42,069 nucleotides of DNA from Brevundimonas sp. (GTDB lineage: Bacteria; Pseudomonadota; Alphaproteobacteria; Caulobacterales; Caulobacteraceae). The translations under genes were made by a program, and so were the position numbers. The notes under the pieces are model-generated. The model saw only the letters and a program-made list of their open reading frames with translations. It had not been told where the DNA came from and did no database searches. Location of the stretch: positions 1 through 42,069 of the forward strand of contig JBKBUS010000001.1 of the NCBI GenBank assembly GCA_046290035.1, given 5' to 3'. Shown in pieces: positions 23,947 through 33,461 of this stretch. Numbering within the stretch: position 1 is the stretch's first letter; each line of letters opens with the position of its first letter.

Positions 23947-26922
23947 ATGGATCCGGTTGAGGTCATCACCTACGGCGGCGGCGCCTACTACCGCGACGTC
24001 TTTCAGGCGGTAGCGCTTCTCTCGGGCTCGGACGGGATCTCGTCGCTTTTGCGGCTGGCTCTCGTCCTGGGCCTGATGATGGGCATTCTGAAGGCGGTCT
24101 TCGACTTCAACGTCGGGAAGATCCTCAAGTGGTTCCTGATCGCCTTCATCACCTACGGAATCCTGTGGGTGCCGAAGGTGCAGGTTCACGTCACCGACGT
24201 TTTCGACCCGGCGTTGACCGGGGCGGACGTCGCGAACGTGCCGCTCGGGGTGGGGATGACGGCCAGCCTGACCAGCCGGGTCGGCCACCGGGTCATTCAG
24301 CTGACCGAAACGGCCTTCGGAGATCCGCAGGACAACCGCTATTCGAAGACGGGCATGATCTACGGCGCCAAGGTGTTCGAACGCCTTCGCACCGCGCAGA
24401 TTGCTGACCCTCGCTTCGACGGGAACCTGCGGAGCTTCATTCGGGGCTGCGTCTACTACGACATCCTGGACGGGCACTATTCCGCGGGCGAGCTGGCCCG
24501 CCAGAACGACCTCTGGACCTACATCACCGTCACGAAGGGCACGAACCCCGGCCGGTCGATCGAATACACCAACCCCACGAACGTGCGGGAAATCATCAAC
24601 TGCCCCACGGCCGCCGGCCGGATGAATGCCGAGTGGGCGGCGACGATTCAGTCGTCGATGCGCCTGTTCGAGCGACGCTCGAGGCCGGACCTGCCGGAAG
24701 CCGAGCTGCAGACGGCGTTGATGTCCGAGATGGGGACGCTCCACCCGATCATGATCGGCGCGTCGCGGGACGCGACATCGGCGTTTCAGCAGGTGCTGAT
24801 GGCGAACGCCGTCCGCCGTGGGGTGACGGGCTTCTCGGCCGAGGCGGGCGGGGAATCCATGGGGGCCCTCGCCGAAACCCAGGCGGAGATCCAGACCCGG
24901 AACACCCAGGCGCTCCTGGGCGGCGTCGCGGAGAAGGCGATCGTCATCCTGCGGATTGTCGTCGACCTGCTGTTCATCGGGATGTTCCCGATCCTGTTCC
25001 CGGCGTTCCTCCTGCCGGGGCTCGGGCCTCGCATGATCCAGGGATACCTGACGGGCTTCCTGTATCTACAGCTCTGGGGTCCGATGTACGTAATCGTGCA
25101 CAAGATCTCGATGGGCGCCGCCGCGTCGAAGACCGCCGCGGCCGCCTACATCCCGGACACCACAGCCGGGATCAAGATCGCCAACCTGGAGGCGATCGGG
25201 AGCGTCAACGCGGACATCGCCGCCGTCGCCGGCGTGATGACCATGATGATCCCGGTCATGGCCGGGCTCCTCACCAAGGGTGCGATGGCCGTGGGAAGTC
25301 AGGGCGAGGCCCTGCTTTCGCAGTTCCGGAGCGGGGCCGAAGCGGCGGGCTCGATGTCGACGACGGGCAACGTCTCGCTCGGCAATACGGCGTTCGAGAA
25401 CCACTCCTTCAACAACCTCGCGGGCAACCGACAGCACACCTCGTTCGACGTCGACCAAGGGAACTATCGCTTCGTCGATCAGAACCTGAATCGGGTCGAG
25501 ATTGGCGCCGGCGGCGCGATGACGCTGCAGTCCTCGATGTCTCAGACGGCGGCAAACCTTCGCATGTCTGAGGGCGTCAGTGCGGCGGCCGTGGAAGCCG
25601 CCGGCCGGAGGCGTGAGGAGAGCCAGGCGCTGCGCCAGTCGTACACCGAGGGGTGGCAGCGCACCCAGGCAGAAGGCGTCGAAGCGGTGAACAGCTGGCT
25701 CGAGGCGCGGACAAGCAATCGCACGACCGGAAGTGAAAACCGGGAGACGCATGGTTCGCTCTACCAGACCCTCGATCAGGTTAGTGAAAGCCTGCAACGG
25801 ACCCATGGCTGGGATCGAAGGACGGCGGCCGAGGTTACCGCGCGTGCGGCCGCAGAAGGGTATGTCGAGGCGTCCGGAGGCCTCGACTTCTTGGGCAATG
25901 GCGGCAAGATCGGCGGCCGTCTCTCCACATCGGTCGGCACGAGCCTGACGGCTACGGGGGGCGAAACGGAGGCGCTGAACGCGGCGAGGCAAGCCCTGTC
26001 TCAACAAGGCTTCTCTGACCGCATCGATCGGACTGCAGCCACCTACGCGGCCGAGTCCTTCAGCCAAACGGCCACGGCCCAGAATATGTCCGCCGAGAAG
26101 ATCTCGGACACCTTCTCGTCGACGTCGAGCCTGCTGAACGCGGCGGAAACAGCCGAGAGCCAGGCCCGCACTTACGAACAGCGCGCGGACTATGTCCGGA
26201 GCAACTCGGCGACCTTCGACACCAACCTCAACAACGTCTTCGTGCCGTTTGCGATGGAGCGCCTGGTCGGAACCCGCGACAGCTATGGCGTGGTCATCGA
26301 CGAGGACCGCGCCCGCGAGATCCTCGCCGGCAGAACACCAGAGGACCTGAGCCGTCTCGAGGAGGTGGGTCGCGCATTCCAGGCGCAGCAGGCCGACCGG
26401 ATTCCGGTGCCGGATCTCATCACGCAGAACAGAGACGTCGGGCAGAACGTCCAGCAGTTCCAGCCGAACCAGGTCCAGGTGCTGGATGTGCCCGAAAGCG
26501 GATCCGACTTGCGGACCGGTTTCGGCCTCTCGGAACTCGGGCGGCCGGGCGAAGCCATTAGCGAGTACGCGCCGGGGTCGGTGGCGTGGCAAGCAGAGCG
26601 GGAGGAGCGGGCCGCCGCCGCTGCAGCCGCGGCAGCCAGCGCTGGTGAAGGGGCGTCGGCTGGCGGGCAGGGGGGCGGCCGCATGCGCGACAACGACGCC
26701 GGCCAACCGGGTACGCCTCGCGCGGCAAACGATGAGGAGCCCGTCGTCGTGCCGCAATTCAGGTCGGAGCTGCGAGACCAAATCCGGGCGTCGACCGGCC
26801 AAGCAGCGGACGTTCTCGATAGGACCGAAGTGCCCCACAATGTCGTAATCGACACATTCGGTGGCGAAGACGGGCGTCAAGCGGCAGCTGGCATGGCGCG
26901 GGTTGCCCGACGCAATGAGTAG
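23947..26922 (+). CDS. traG: F-type TraG (mating-pair stabilisation / entry-exclusion target)
   Basis: EVITYGGG..YRDVFQAVA, VANVPLG, YSKTGMIYG, FIRGCVYYD, YLQLWGPMY. Follows traH. Confidence 0.92.
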   Translation: MDPVEVITYGGGAYYRDVFQAVALLSGSDGISSLLRLALVLGLMMGILKAVFDFNVGKILKWFLIAFITYGILWVPKVQVHVTDVFDPALTGADVANVPLGVGMTASLTSRVGHRVIQLTETAFGDPQDNRYSKTGMIYGAKVFERLRTAQIADPRFDGNLRSFIRGCVYYDILDGHYSAGELARQNDLWTYITVTKGTNPGRSIEYTNPTNVREIINCPTAAGRMNAEWAATIQSSMRLFERRSRPDLPEAELQTALMSEMGTLHPIMIGASRDATSAFQQVLMANAVRRGVTGFSAEAGGESMGALAETQAEIQTRNTQALLGGVAEKAIVILRIVVDLLFIGMFPILFPAFLLPGLGPRMIQGYLTGFLYLQLWGPMYVIVHKISMGAAASKTAAAAYIPDTTAGIKIANLEAIGSVNADIAAVAGVMTMMIPVMAGLLTKGAMAVGSQGEALLSQFRSGAEAAGSMSTTGNVSLGNTAFENHSFNNLAGNRQHTSFDVDQGNYRFVDQNLNRVEIGAGGAMTLQSSMSQTAANLRMSEGVSAAAVEAAGRRREESQALRQSYTEGWQRTQAEGVEAVNSWLEARTSNRTTGSENRETHGSLYQTLDQVSESLQRTHGWDRRTAAEVTARAAAEGYVEASGGLDFLGNGGKIGGRLSTSVGTSLTATGGETEALNAARQALSQQGFSDRIDRTAATYAAESFSQTATAQNMSAEKISDTFSSTSSLLNAAETAESQARTYEQRADYVRSNSATFDTNLNNVFVPFAMERLVGTRDSYGVVIDEDRAREILAGRTPEDLSRLEEVGRAFQAQQADRIPVPDLITQNRDVGQNVQQFQPNQVQVLDVPESGSDLRTGFGLSELGRPGEAISEYAPGSVAWQAEREERAAAAAAAAASAGEGASAGGQGGGRMRDNDAGQPGTPRAANDEEPVVVPQFRSELRDQIRASTGQAADVLDRTEVPHNVVIDTFGGEDGRQAAAGMARVARRNE

Positions 26923-26933
26923 AGGCACGCACG

Positions 26934-26967
26934 AAAAAGGGAGCGCCGCTAGTTCGGCGCTCCCTTT
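26934..26967. terminator. Terminator between convergent traG and a small membrane-protein gene, probably bidirectional
   Basis: 13-bp perfect stem AAAGGGAGCGCCG-CTAGTT-CGGCGCTCCCTTT with an A-run on the left and a short T-run on the right. Confidence 0.85.
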
Positions 26968-26986
26968 GGGCCCTGTTGAGGGAAGA

Positions 26987-27286
26987 TTAGCCGCGGCGAG
27001 CGCGGTCGAGTCGACGCATGTTCGCCAGCAGCAAGAGCGGGATCAGCAGGAACGGCAATGCGAACGCCGCGCCGAACAAGGGCAACGCCGAGCCCTCCTT
27101 CACCGCGATGCTGATGCTCCAGCCAGCGATGCCCAAGCCGACAATCCAGAATACAGCCGTCAGGAAATAGGTCACCGCCAGGCCGATCATGAAATTCGGA
27201 CCCGCGAGGCTGGACTCAACATGAGCCTTCAGCACGCGGGTCGCCGCCGGCGACAGGCCGAGCTGTTCAATCGCGTCTTGTTGCAT
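26987..27286 (-). CDS. Small inner-membrane protein; candidate entry-exclusion protein (Eex/TraS-like by position)
   Basis: GGAGG RBS + ATG at 27286; two long hydrophobic segments; convergent with traG. Confidence 0.65.
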   Translation of the reverse strand: MQQDAIEQLGLSPAATRVLKAHVESSLAGPNFMIGLAVTYFLTAVFWIVGLGIAGWSISIAVKEGSALPLFGAAFALPFLLIPLLLLANMRRLDRARRG

Positions 27287-27496
27287 CGGAGCCTCCGTGT
27301 TCCGCGTCTGTTCACCATCAACCACAGATTTCGCTCCAGCGATAGGGTGTCGTCACAGCTGCATGAAACTGCAGCTCGCGCCGAATGCCAAGCGCAGCGC
27401 CCCGCCGCCCGCCTGATCCTGCAGCGTCAACCTAGTTGCCCGGCCCCCGGAGGTGGGACGGTCAAGCCTTCACAACCCGGGAGAGGGAGTTCCCAA

Positions 27497-28153
27497 ATGC
27501 GTATCGCCACCCTGGCCGCCTCGGCGGCCGTCCTCGCCTTCACGACCGTCGCTGCAGCGCCGGCCGAGGCCCAAAACCGTCAGCGCAGCTACCAGGCCTA
27601 CGCCGTCATCGACTTCCAGACCGAGGCGCCCAAAGGTCAGGTCATCGACGCGGCCGAACGGATCCTGCAGGGCTACGCGAGCGACTTTCAGTCCAACCGG
27701 CCGATCGCCGTGCAGACGCCTGAGCAGCCGGGCCGCTTCCAGCTGACCAATCCGCTGGCGGAAAGCCGTCTGGCGGGACTCGCCGCCTTGGGCGGCGTGA
27801 GCACCCAGCAGTTCATGGTGGCCACCTGCGACGGCGCGGTGTGGACGGCCAACGTCAACCGTTCGGTCTCCGGGTCGCAGCAGCTGCGGGTGCAGCTCTG
27901 CTTGTTCCCGTACAAGAACGACGAACGCGAGGGCTACCACCTCAACCTGTTCGCCAGCGACACCGCCATCAGCGGGGGCGGACTGACGGAGCGTTTCGGA
28001 CGCGCCCTGGCCAACCGCCTCGTCGGTACGCCGCGCGACTTCACCGAGAACATGCTGCGCCAGACGGTGCAGGCGATCGAGGCCACCACTGGCTCCTCGG
28101 CCGTCCTGGTCGAAGGCGAACCCGAGATCCCCGGCCTCGCCTGGCGGCGATAG
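27497..28153 (+). CDS. Secreted/periplasmic hypothetical protein (218 aa)
   Basis: GGGAG RBS; signal peptide MRIATLAASAAVLAFTTVAAAPAEA|Q. Confidence 0.8.
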   Translation: MRIATLAASAAVLAFTTVAAAPAEAQNRQRSYQAYAVIDFQTEAPKGQVIDAAERILQGYASDFQSNRPIAVQTPEQPGRFQLTNPLAESRLAGLAALGGVSTQQFMVATCDGAVWTANVNRSVSGSQQLRVQLCLFPYKNDEREGYHLNLFASDTAISGGGLTERFGRALANRLVGTPRDFTENMLRQTVQAIEATTGSSAVLVEGEPEIPGLAWRR

Positions 28154-28185
28154 GCCCCATCCCCTGACCCTAAGGAGTACGCACC

Positions 28186-28341
28186 ATGCCCTGGACCCCC
28201 GCAACCGGCCCCTCGGTCTTCGGCGACGGGTCCAAGGTCAACCTGGAGGAGATGCTGGCCAGCTCGTCGACGTGGGGCAAGAGCGACCCGCTCCCCGTGG
28301 TCTGCTACCCGACGTTTGCGGACGACATTCTCGGCGCCTGA
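28186..28341 (+). CDS. Small 51-aa protein not in the ORF track
   Basis: TAAGGAG RBS 8 nt before the ATG; MPWTPATGPSVFGDGSKVNLEEMLASSSTWGKSDPLPVVCYPTFADDILGA; mostly G/C third positions. Confidence 0.6.
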   Translation: MPWTPATGPSVFGDGSKVNLEEMLASSSTWGKSDPLPVVCYPTFADDILGA

Positions 28342-28393
28342 CGCCCCACGCGATCCGGCGGCCTCAAACCCCCGCCCAGCCTCGGCCGTCCCT

Positions 28394-28618
28394 TCAGGGG
28401 CGGCCGTCTTCTTTCGGGCGATCGCCACTTGGGAAGAGCACCACCTCGCCGGCAGGCTTGTCGGTGACGTCCTCAATGTCCGCGATCGGATCGAGGCCCA
28501 CGGCCGCCAGCGGCCCGGAAAGCTCGCCCAGGAGGCCGCTGACGGTCGCCCCGCTGTCCGGCGGCATGGCTTTCGCCACGATCAGCTGAATGGCGCGTAG
28601 CGCCTCCAAGTGGGTCAT
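28394..28618 (-). CDS. Hypothetical protein (74 aa) coupled to the ligase
   Basis: ATGA overlap with the ligase stop at 28615-28618. Confidence 0.55.
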   Translation of the reverse strand: MTHLEALRAIQLIVAKAMPPDSGATVSGLLGELSGPLAAVGLDPIADIEDVTDKPAGEVVLFPSGDRPKEDGRP

Positions 28619-29598
28619 GCCGGCCGCTCCCGCCGAACCTCGAGCGGCTCCTTGTCTTCGCGGAGCCCCTTGAAGCTGGCCTGGCGCAGCCGCCCACTGT
28701 CCGTCCACTCGGCGATCTCGGCCGCGGCCACCAGCCGGGGCTCGACGAAATGGACTTCGTCGCCGCGATCGGCGCGGGGTTGGGCGCCGACGAAAGGAGA
28801 ACGGGGGCGCGCAAGGGCCTTCAGGCGCGGCCGCAGGTCCTGCAGCTGGCGATCGGCGAAGCCCGTCTTCAGTGCGCCGGCGTAGCGCAACTCCCCGCGC
28901 TCGTAGACGCCGGTGAGCAGGCCCTTGAATCGGCCGTCCGGACCGCTCCGCCATCCCCCAACGACGACCTCCTGGCTCGGCCGGCACTTAACCTTCGCCC
29001 AAACCGATGTCCGGCCTGCGCGATAGTTCTCGCCAAGCTTCTTGGACACGATGCCTTCCAACTTCATCCTGCAGGCGGCCTCGAGCAGCTGGGCCGCCGG
29101 CAGATCGTCGAAATGGTCGACGTAGCGGATCCTGTTGGCCAGGCCGCCGCCGGCGGCCGCGAGGATCTCCTGCAGCGCCTTCTTCCGTGTGGCGAGCGAG
29201 TAGGGCCGAAGATCCGTCGGGCCGCGCCAGAGGACATCGAAAGCGAAGTAGACCAACGACCCGCTCGTGCGGGCATTGAGCGCCTTTCGGAGTGCCGAGA
29301 AGGCCGGCTGGCCAGCCGCGTCCAGGGCACATAGCTCGCCGTCGAGGATGCAGTCCTCGAGGCCAGCCGCGGCGGCCGAGTGGCGAGGGAGCTTTTCGGT
29401 CCAGTCATGGCCGTTTCGGGTGAACCAGGTCGCCTTTCCGCCGGCGACGTTCAGCTGGAAGCGGTAGCCGTCGAATTTGATCTCATGGATCCAGTCGCGG
29501 CCTTGGGGAGGCCGCTGCAGAAGCGTCGGATGTGCCAGCGCCAGGAAGGTGCGGGGCATGATTGGAGTGAGCTCGATGTCCTGCTTTCGCCTAGCCAT
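28615..29598 (-). CDS. ligD: ATP-dependent DNA ligase (stand-alone LigD ligase domain)
   Basis: WIHEIKFDGYR (adenylation Lys), LDGEL, AFDVL, EGIVSKK, W.KVK, OB-fold VEPRLVA.....EWT..GRLRQASFKGLREDK. Confidence 0.9.
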   Translation of the reverse strand: MARRKQDIELTPIMPRTFLALAHPTLLQRPPQGRDWIHEIKFDGYRFQLNVAGGKATWFTRNGHDWTEKLPRHSAAAAGLEDCILDGELCALDAAGQPAFSALRKALNARTSGSLVYFAFDVLWRGPTDLRPYSLATRKKALQEILAAAGGGLANRIRYVDHFDDLPAAQLLEAACRMKLEGIVSKKLGENYRAGRTSVWAKVKCRPSQEVVVGGWRSGPDGRFKGLLTGVYERGELRYAGALKTGFADRQLQDLRPRLKALARPRSPFVGAQPRADRGDEVHFVEPRLVAAAEIAEWTDSGRLRQASFKGLREDKEPLEVRRERPA

Positions 29599-29707
29599 GG
29601 TCGACTCCAACGGCGGCGTTCGGGAATCGCTCCCGGCACCTGACAGAGACGGGCTAGACGGCGGGGCTGTGTTCGGGGATTTTCAAGTGGGAACAGGGAG
29701 TTGGACG

Positions 29708-30076
29708 ATGCCGACGCTACAGCCAACACTGCGAGCTGGGGACAGCGACTGGGAAGTGCCTCGCACGAACCTTTCCATGCGGATACCGCGTTGGGCGCAC
29801 AAACGGATGAAGACGAAGGCGCGCGATCAAGGCAGGACGACAGCCGATCTCTATTCCGACGTTGTGGGCGACTTCGTTGAAAACGAGATCGATCGCTGGA
29901 AGAACGGGCTGATCGCGGGCCCAACGTCGTCCCCGTCGACGTCGCTCCTAGTACCTCGACCATTGGCCACGCGCGTCCGAGCCATCGCTGAAGATCGCGA
30001 TGTCATCATCAGCGACATAGTTTACACGGCCGTGCTGCTGTACCTGGGCGAAGCCCCGCCCAGCCCCGCCAGCTAA
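29708..30076 (+). CDS. Tandem ribbon-helix-helix DNA-binding protein
   Basis: GGGAG RBS. Units TNLSMRIPRWAHKRMK.KA...G.TTADLY and STSLLVPRPLATRVRAIA....IISDIVYTAV. Confidence 0.7.
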   Translation: MPTLQPTLRAGDSDWEVPRTNLSMRIPRWAHKRMKTKARDQGRTTADLYSDVVGDFVENEIDRWKNGLIAGPTSSPSTSLLVPRPLATRVRAIAEDRDVIISDIVYTAVLLYLGEAPPSPAS

Positions 30077-30143
30077 CCGCTGCGGTGGGTGGCTGACCGG
30101 GCCCACCCGCATCGGCGACCACGGCTAGCTTAAGGGCTGCTGG

Positions 30144-31286
30144 CTATTGCACGACGTAGGGTCGCGCCACCAGGTCCGCCATTTCGGGTCCGCGGAAATA
30201 GGGTTCGATGTGAACCAGCTTTCGCTGCTGTCTGCCCGGACCATGAGGCTGAGACCGCCAATGGCCGCTGACGAGATAGCGGCTGTGGTTGGTGACGCGC
30301 CGAACGCCGTCGCTGCGGCCGACGTCGCCGTCGACCATCGCCCGTACGCCGCCCCCGACCAGGATGTAGGGCAGCCGGCTGGATTTGCCCGCCTTGTACG
30401 CGAGACGCTTCCGCTCCTTGGAGTTCATGCGCGGCTGTGGCTCAGGCAAGAGATCGTGAGCCCGTAGCTCGGCCGAGACGTCCGGTGCGGACGAGCTCAG
30501 ATAGAGGATCGCGTTGACTACGATTCGGAAGAACCGGAGGCCTTCCTGGTAAAACCGAGAGTCGTCGCCGTGCGGATTTTCCGCCAGGTCCGCGGACACC
30601 GCAGCCCAATCCGTGCGCAACGCATCTTCTACACGCTGGCCATCAACCAGGTGCAGCTGACGCTTGACCATCATCGCGGACGACTTGTCGTCGGCGTTGA
30701 AGATTAGAAGAGCCAAGGTAAAGCCACCGGCATCGCAGGGCAGGTAGCTGAGGAACACATTGATGGGGGGGCCCGGAGTGGGGTCGCCGGGTCTTCCGTT
30801 CAGGGCCTGAAGTGCGCCACGACTGACATCGTCATCAAAAACGAACAAGCACGAGCGAAAGGGGGGCAACACCAATTCGGCCTGAACATTCAGTTCGGTG
30901 TGGGCGAGCCGTTCGATCAGGCCCGCGGTCCAGTAGAAGGTGCGGCCGCCGAAGGCGATGAAGTTGGTCAGTGCAGCGATTTCATACTCGAGCACGCCTT
31001 GCATGCGCCCATAGTTCGGATGGCGTTTTGCGACATGCTCGACGAAATCGGCTCGTGTGACCCCGTCGCGGGCGGCCCGGGCGGCAAGAGGCGCCCAGAC
31101 CGCATCGATCTGCCGATTGATTTCGGCATCTATGTCCGCCGCCGCGCCAAGGTCGCTCAGCTCGCTCATTGTCAGCGGCCATTCGACAGGACCGATCTCT
31201 TCGCACCGCTTCTCGATCGCCTGGAACAGTCCCGGCCGTTGGTCTCGCGTCACGTCGACGTAGGTACGGGGAAGTAGTTGCTGCAT
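30144..31286 (-). CDS. Hypothetical protein (380 aa) with a C-terminal VSGHWR.Q.HG...RK...IEPY.RG motif
   Basis: Long ORF with globular-protein composition; this C-terminal motif type recurs in uncharacterised phage/plasmid proteins. Confidence 0.8.
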   Translation of the reverse strand: MQQLLPRTYVDVTRDQRPGLFQAIEKRCEEIGPVEWPLTMSELSDLGAAADIDAEINRQIDAVWAPLAARAARDGVTRADFVEHVAKRHPNYGRMQGVLEYEIAALTNFIAFGGRTFYWTAGLIERLAHTELNVQAELVLPPFRSCLFVFDDDVSRGALQALNGRPGDPTPGPPINVFLSYLPCDAGGFTLALLIFNADDKSSAMMVKRQLHLVDGQRVEDALRTDWAAVSADLAENPHGDDSRFYQEGLRFFRIVVNAILYLSSSAPDVSAELRAHDLLPEPQPRMNSKERKRLAYKAGKSSRLPYILVGGGVRAMVDGDVGRSDGVRRVTNHSRYLVSGHWRSQPHGPGRQQRKLVHIEPYFRGPEMADLVARPYVVQ

Positions 31287-31350
31287 GGCTGGAGTTCTGC
31301 ACCCGCGCGCGCGGCGCGCAAGGCCCCCCGCTCGAGCCCGCGGCCAAACG

Positions 31351-31755
31351 CTAACCGTCTACCGCGGATCGTTCCGCCAAGGCTCGCACCAGCTCGAGCA
31401 CCAGGCGCTGACGATCGGGAGGCAGGCTGGCGGCCGCTCGGCCGAGCCCGAGGCGATCGACAGCTTCGGGCGGAAGGCCCTGGACGTCTTCGCCGGCCGG
31501 GTCGGGAAAGAAATCGCCCGGCTTGGCCTTCAGGAGGTCGCAGGCGAGCCAGAGCTTGGACATGGAAATCCGGTTCGCCCCGCTCTCGTACTTCTGCACC
31601 TGCTGGAAAGAGATCCCCAGCGCCTTGCCCAGACGGGACTGGTTGATCCCCGCCGCCATACGCTTCAGCCGCAGCTGGTTTCCGGCGTAGCGGTCGATGG
31701 GATGAATCTTCTCGTCTGCGCCTTCAGCCGTCACCGGCCCTCTACTCCTCGGCAT
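31351..31755 (-). CDS. XRE-family HTH regulator
   Basis: HPIDRYAG..LR..R...G.NQ..LG..LGISFQQVQKYESGANRIS. Confidence 0.88.
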   Translation of the reverse strand: MPRSRGPVTAEGADEKIHPIDRYAGNQLRLKRMAAGINQSRLGKALGISFQQVQKYESGANRISMSKLWLACDLLKAKPGDFFPDPAGEDVQGLPPEAVDRLGLGRAAASLPPDRQRLVLELVRALAERSAVDG

Positions 31756-31854
31756 GCTCGCCCCCTCGTGAAAACCAAACCTTATAGCCTGCGTAGCGGG
31801 CCTCCCGCTTTCCGAAGCGGGGGCCGCGAGAAGCCCAACCTCGGCAAGACCGGC

Positions 31855-32199
31855 TCAAGGCCGGTCGACGGCACGGGCCGCAGCTGCAGGCGAAGGCGAA
31901 GCGTCGCGGCCGCCGGCGGCCGCCCGCCCCGGCGGGTCGCCTTGAACACGGTCGCGCAGATCCTCTTCCAGCGGCGCGATGAGAGCCTGCAGCTCGAGGC
32001 CGAGCACATGGCAGAGCTTCAGCACTTGGTAGAAGCCGGCGCTGACGCGTCCGCTTTCGATCGCCTGCAGGTGCTTCCGCGACATGAGTGCGCAGCGGGC
32101 CAGCTCGTCCTGAGTCAGCATGGAAGCCAGGCGGGCCTCGCGGAGGCGATTGGCCACGAGGCGGTTCAGGTCCGATTCCGGCAGGTGGACGATGGTCAT
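31855..32199 (-). CDS. XRE-family HTH regulator
   Basis: RLREARLASMLTQDELA...MSRKHLQAIESG; ATGA overlap with the primase stop. Confidence 0.82.
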   Translation of the reverse strand: MTIVHLPESDLNRLVANRLREARLASMLTQDELARCALMSRKHLQAIESGRVSAGFYQVLKLCHVLGLELQALIAPLEEDLRDRVQGDPPGRAAAGGRDASPSPAAAARAVDRP

Positions 32200-33461
32200 G
32201 CGTACTCCGGTAGGTTCGCGTCGACCTGGGCGAGGGGCAGGACACGCAACCCGGGCTGCAACTGCCCCGCCATCACGGCCTGGTGCTGATCGTTGATGTC
32301 CATGTCGGCCGGCGGGACGGCGAACATGATCCATCGCGCCCCGGCCGTGATCCACGCGGCCGCGGCGAGCGCCGCGCACAAGGTCGCGCGATCGTCGGCC
32401 GACAGCCACTCCTCGACGTCGACGTCGTCGTCCCCGGCGACGCGGATCTTCACCGGCGACATGTCGCGATCGAGACAGATGATCGGCGCGCCCCAAGGCT
32501 TGTGGTCGGGCTCCGGCCATGTGAACGCCGGCAGCAGGGGATTGGCCTCGAGCGCCCGGAGATCCACGCGGCCGCGACCATCGGTGAGATAACCGCCCTG
32601 AAGGTTGTCGAGATCCAGCGTGGCCACGACGCGACAGGGAATTCCGAGCATGCACCCGGCGGAAAGGGAGGTTTCGATGCCCTCGCCGACAACCAGCGGG
32701 CCGTCCGCATCTGGGCGGGAGAGCCAGAGGCCGCCCGGCCGTGCAATGCCGTCGGAATCGAGGCGAGTTTGGGGGCCCCAGCATTTCCGGGCGGGCGCCA
32801 GGTCCGCCTTGGCTGAACCGTCTGGGCTCAGGTAGGTGGCGTGGACACCGCCGGTCGGACCAAAGGGGGTCATGATGAGCCCGATCATGGCGGGCGCGGT
32901 GACGGGGCGGTTCGGATCGCCGCTGTGATAGGCCGCCGGATGATAGCGCACCATCGTCAGGGCATTGGCGAGGACAGGGCCGCTAATGCCACGCGACCGA
33001 AGCCAGGTCTCTACGGGCGTCCCGGCCGCCGGCAGCCCCTCGCGCCACAGCGTGAGTGCGACCTCGGCCTTGTAAGCCCGGCTGCGAGCTTTCCGCTCTT
33101 CCGACTCCTTGGCGGCCGCGGCAATCTCCTGCTGGCGCCGCCGCCGCTCGGCCGGACTGATGTGGTCTTCGCGCAGGAGCCTGAGCGCAGCGTCCCGAAG
33201 GGTCTCGCCCGGACCCGACCGAAGCAGGTGCTCAAGGTCAATGACGTCGCCCGGTCTGCTGTGGCAGCTGAAGCACCGCCAGGTGGACTTCGCCTTGTCC
33301 GTCTGGAAGGCCCCGCTGTCGGTTTTCCCGGCCGAGGCCTTGCAGAGAGGGCAGGGGCCGCGAAAGCCCGCACCCTCTCTGTAGAGCTTCACGCCGGCGA
33401 CGATCTCGACGTCGGTGCAATGGCGCGCCCGGGTGAAGATGTCGTCGGCGTGGGTCATCAA
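32196..33461 (-). CDS. Zinc-finger + Toprim DNA primase-like protein
   Basis: GPCPLC...WRCFSC...GDVIDL (Zn finger), GVHATYL..DGSAKA, VVGEGIET, LDRD, DIND (Toprim). Confidence 0.88.
   Translation of the reverse strand: MMTHADDIFTRARHCTDVEIVAGVKLYREGAGFRGPCPLCKASAGKTDSGAFQTDKAKSTWRCFSCHSRPGDVIDLEHLLRSGPGETLRDAALRLLREDHISPAERRRRQQEIAAAAKESEERKARSRAYKAEVALTLWREGLPAAGTPVETWLRSRGISGPVLANALTMVRYHPAAYHSGDPNRPVTAPAMIGLIMTPFGPTGGVHATYLSPDGSAKADLAPARKCWGPQTRLDSDGIARPGGLWLSRPDADGPLVVGEGIETSLSAGCMLGIPCRVVATLDLDNLQGGYLTDGRGRVDLRALEANPLLPAFTWPEPDHKPWGAPIICLDRDMSPVKIRVAGDDDVDVEEWLSADDRATLCAALAAAAWITAGARWIMFAVPPADMDINDQHQAVMAGQLQPGLRVLPLAQVDANLPEYA

Noticed and set aside
31799-31825. GC hairpin between XRE genes as an intrinsic terminator
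   Set aside because: There is no adjacent T-tract on either strand, so a role cannot be supported.
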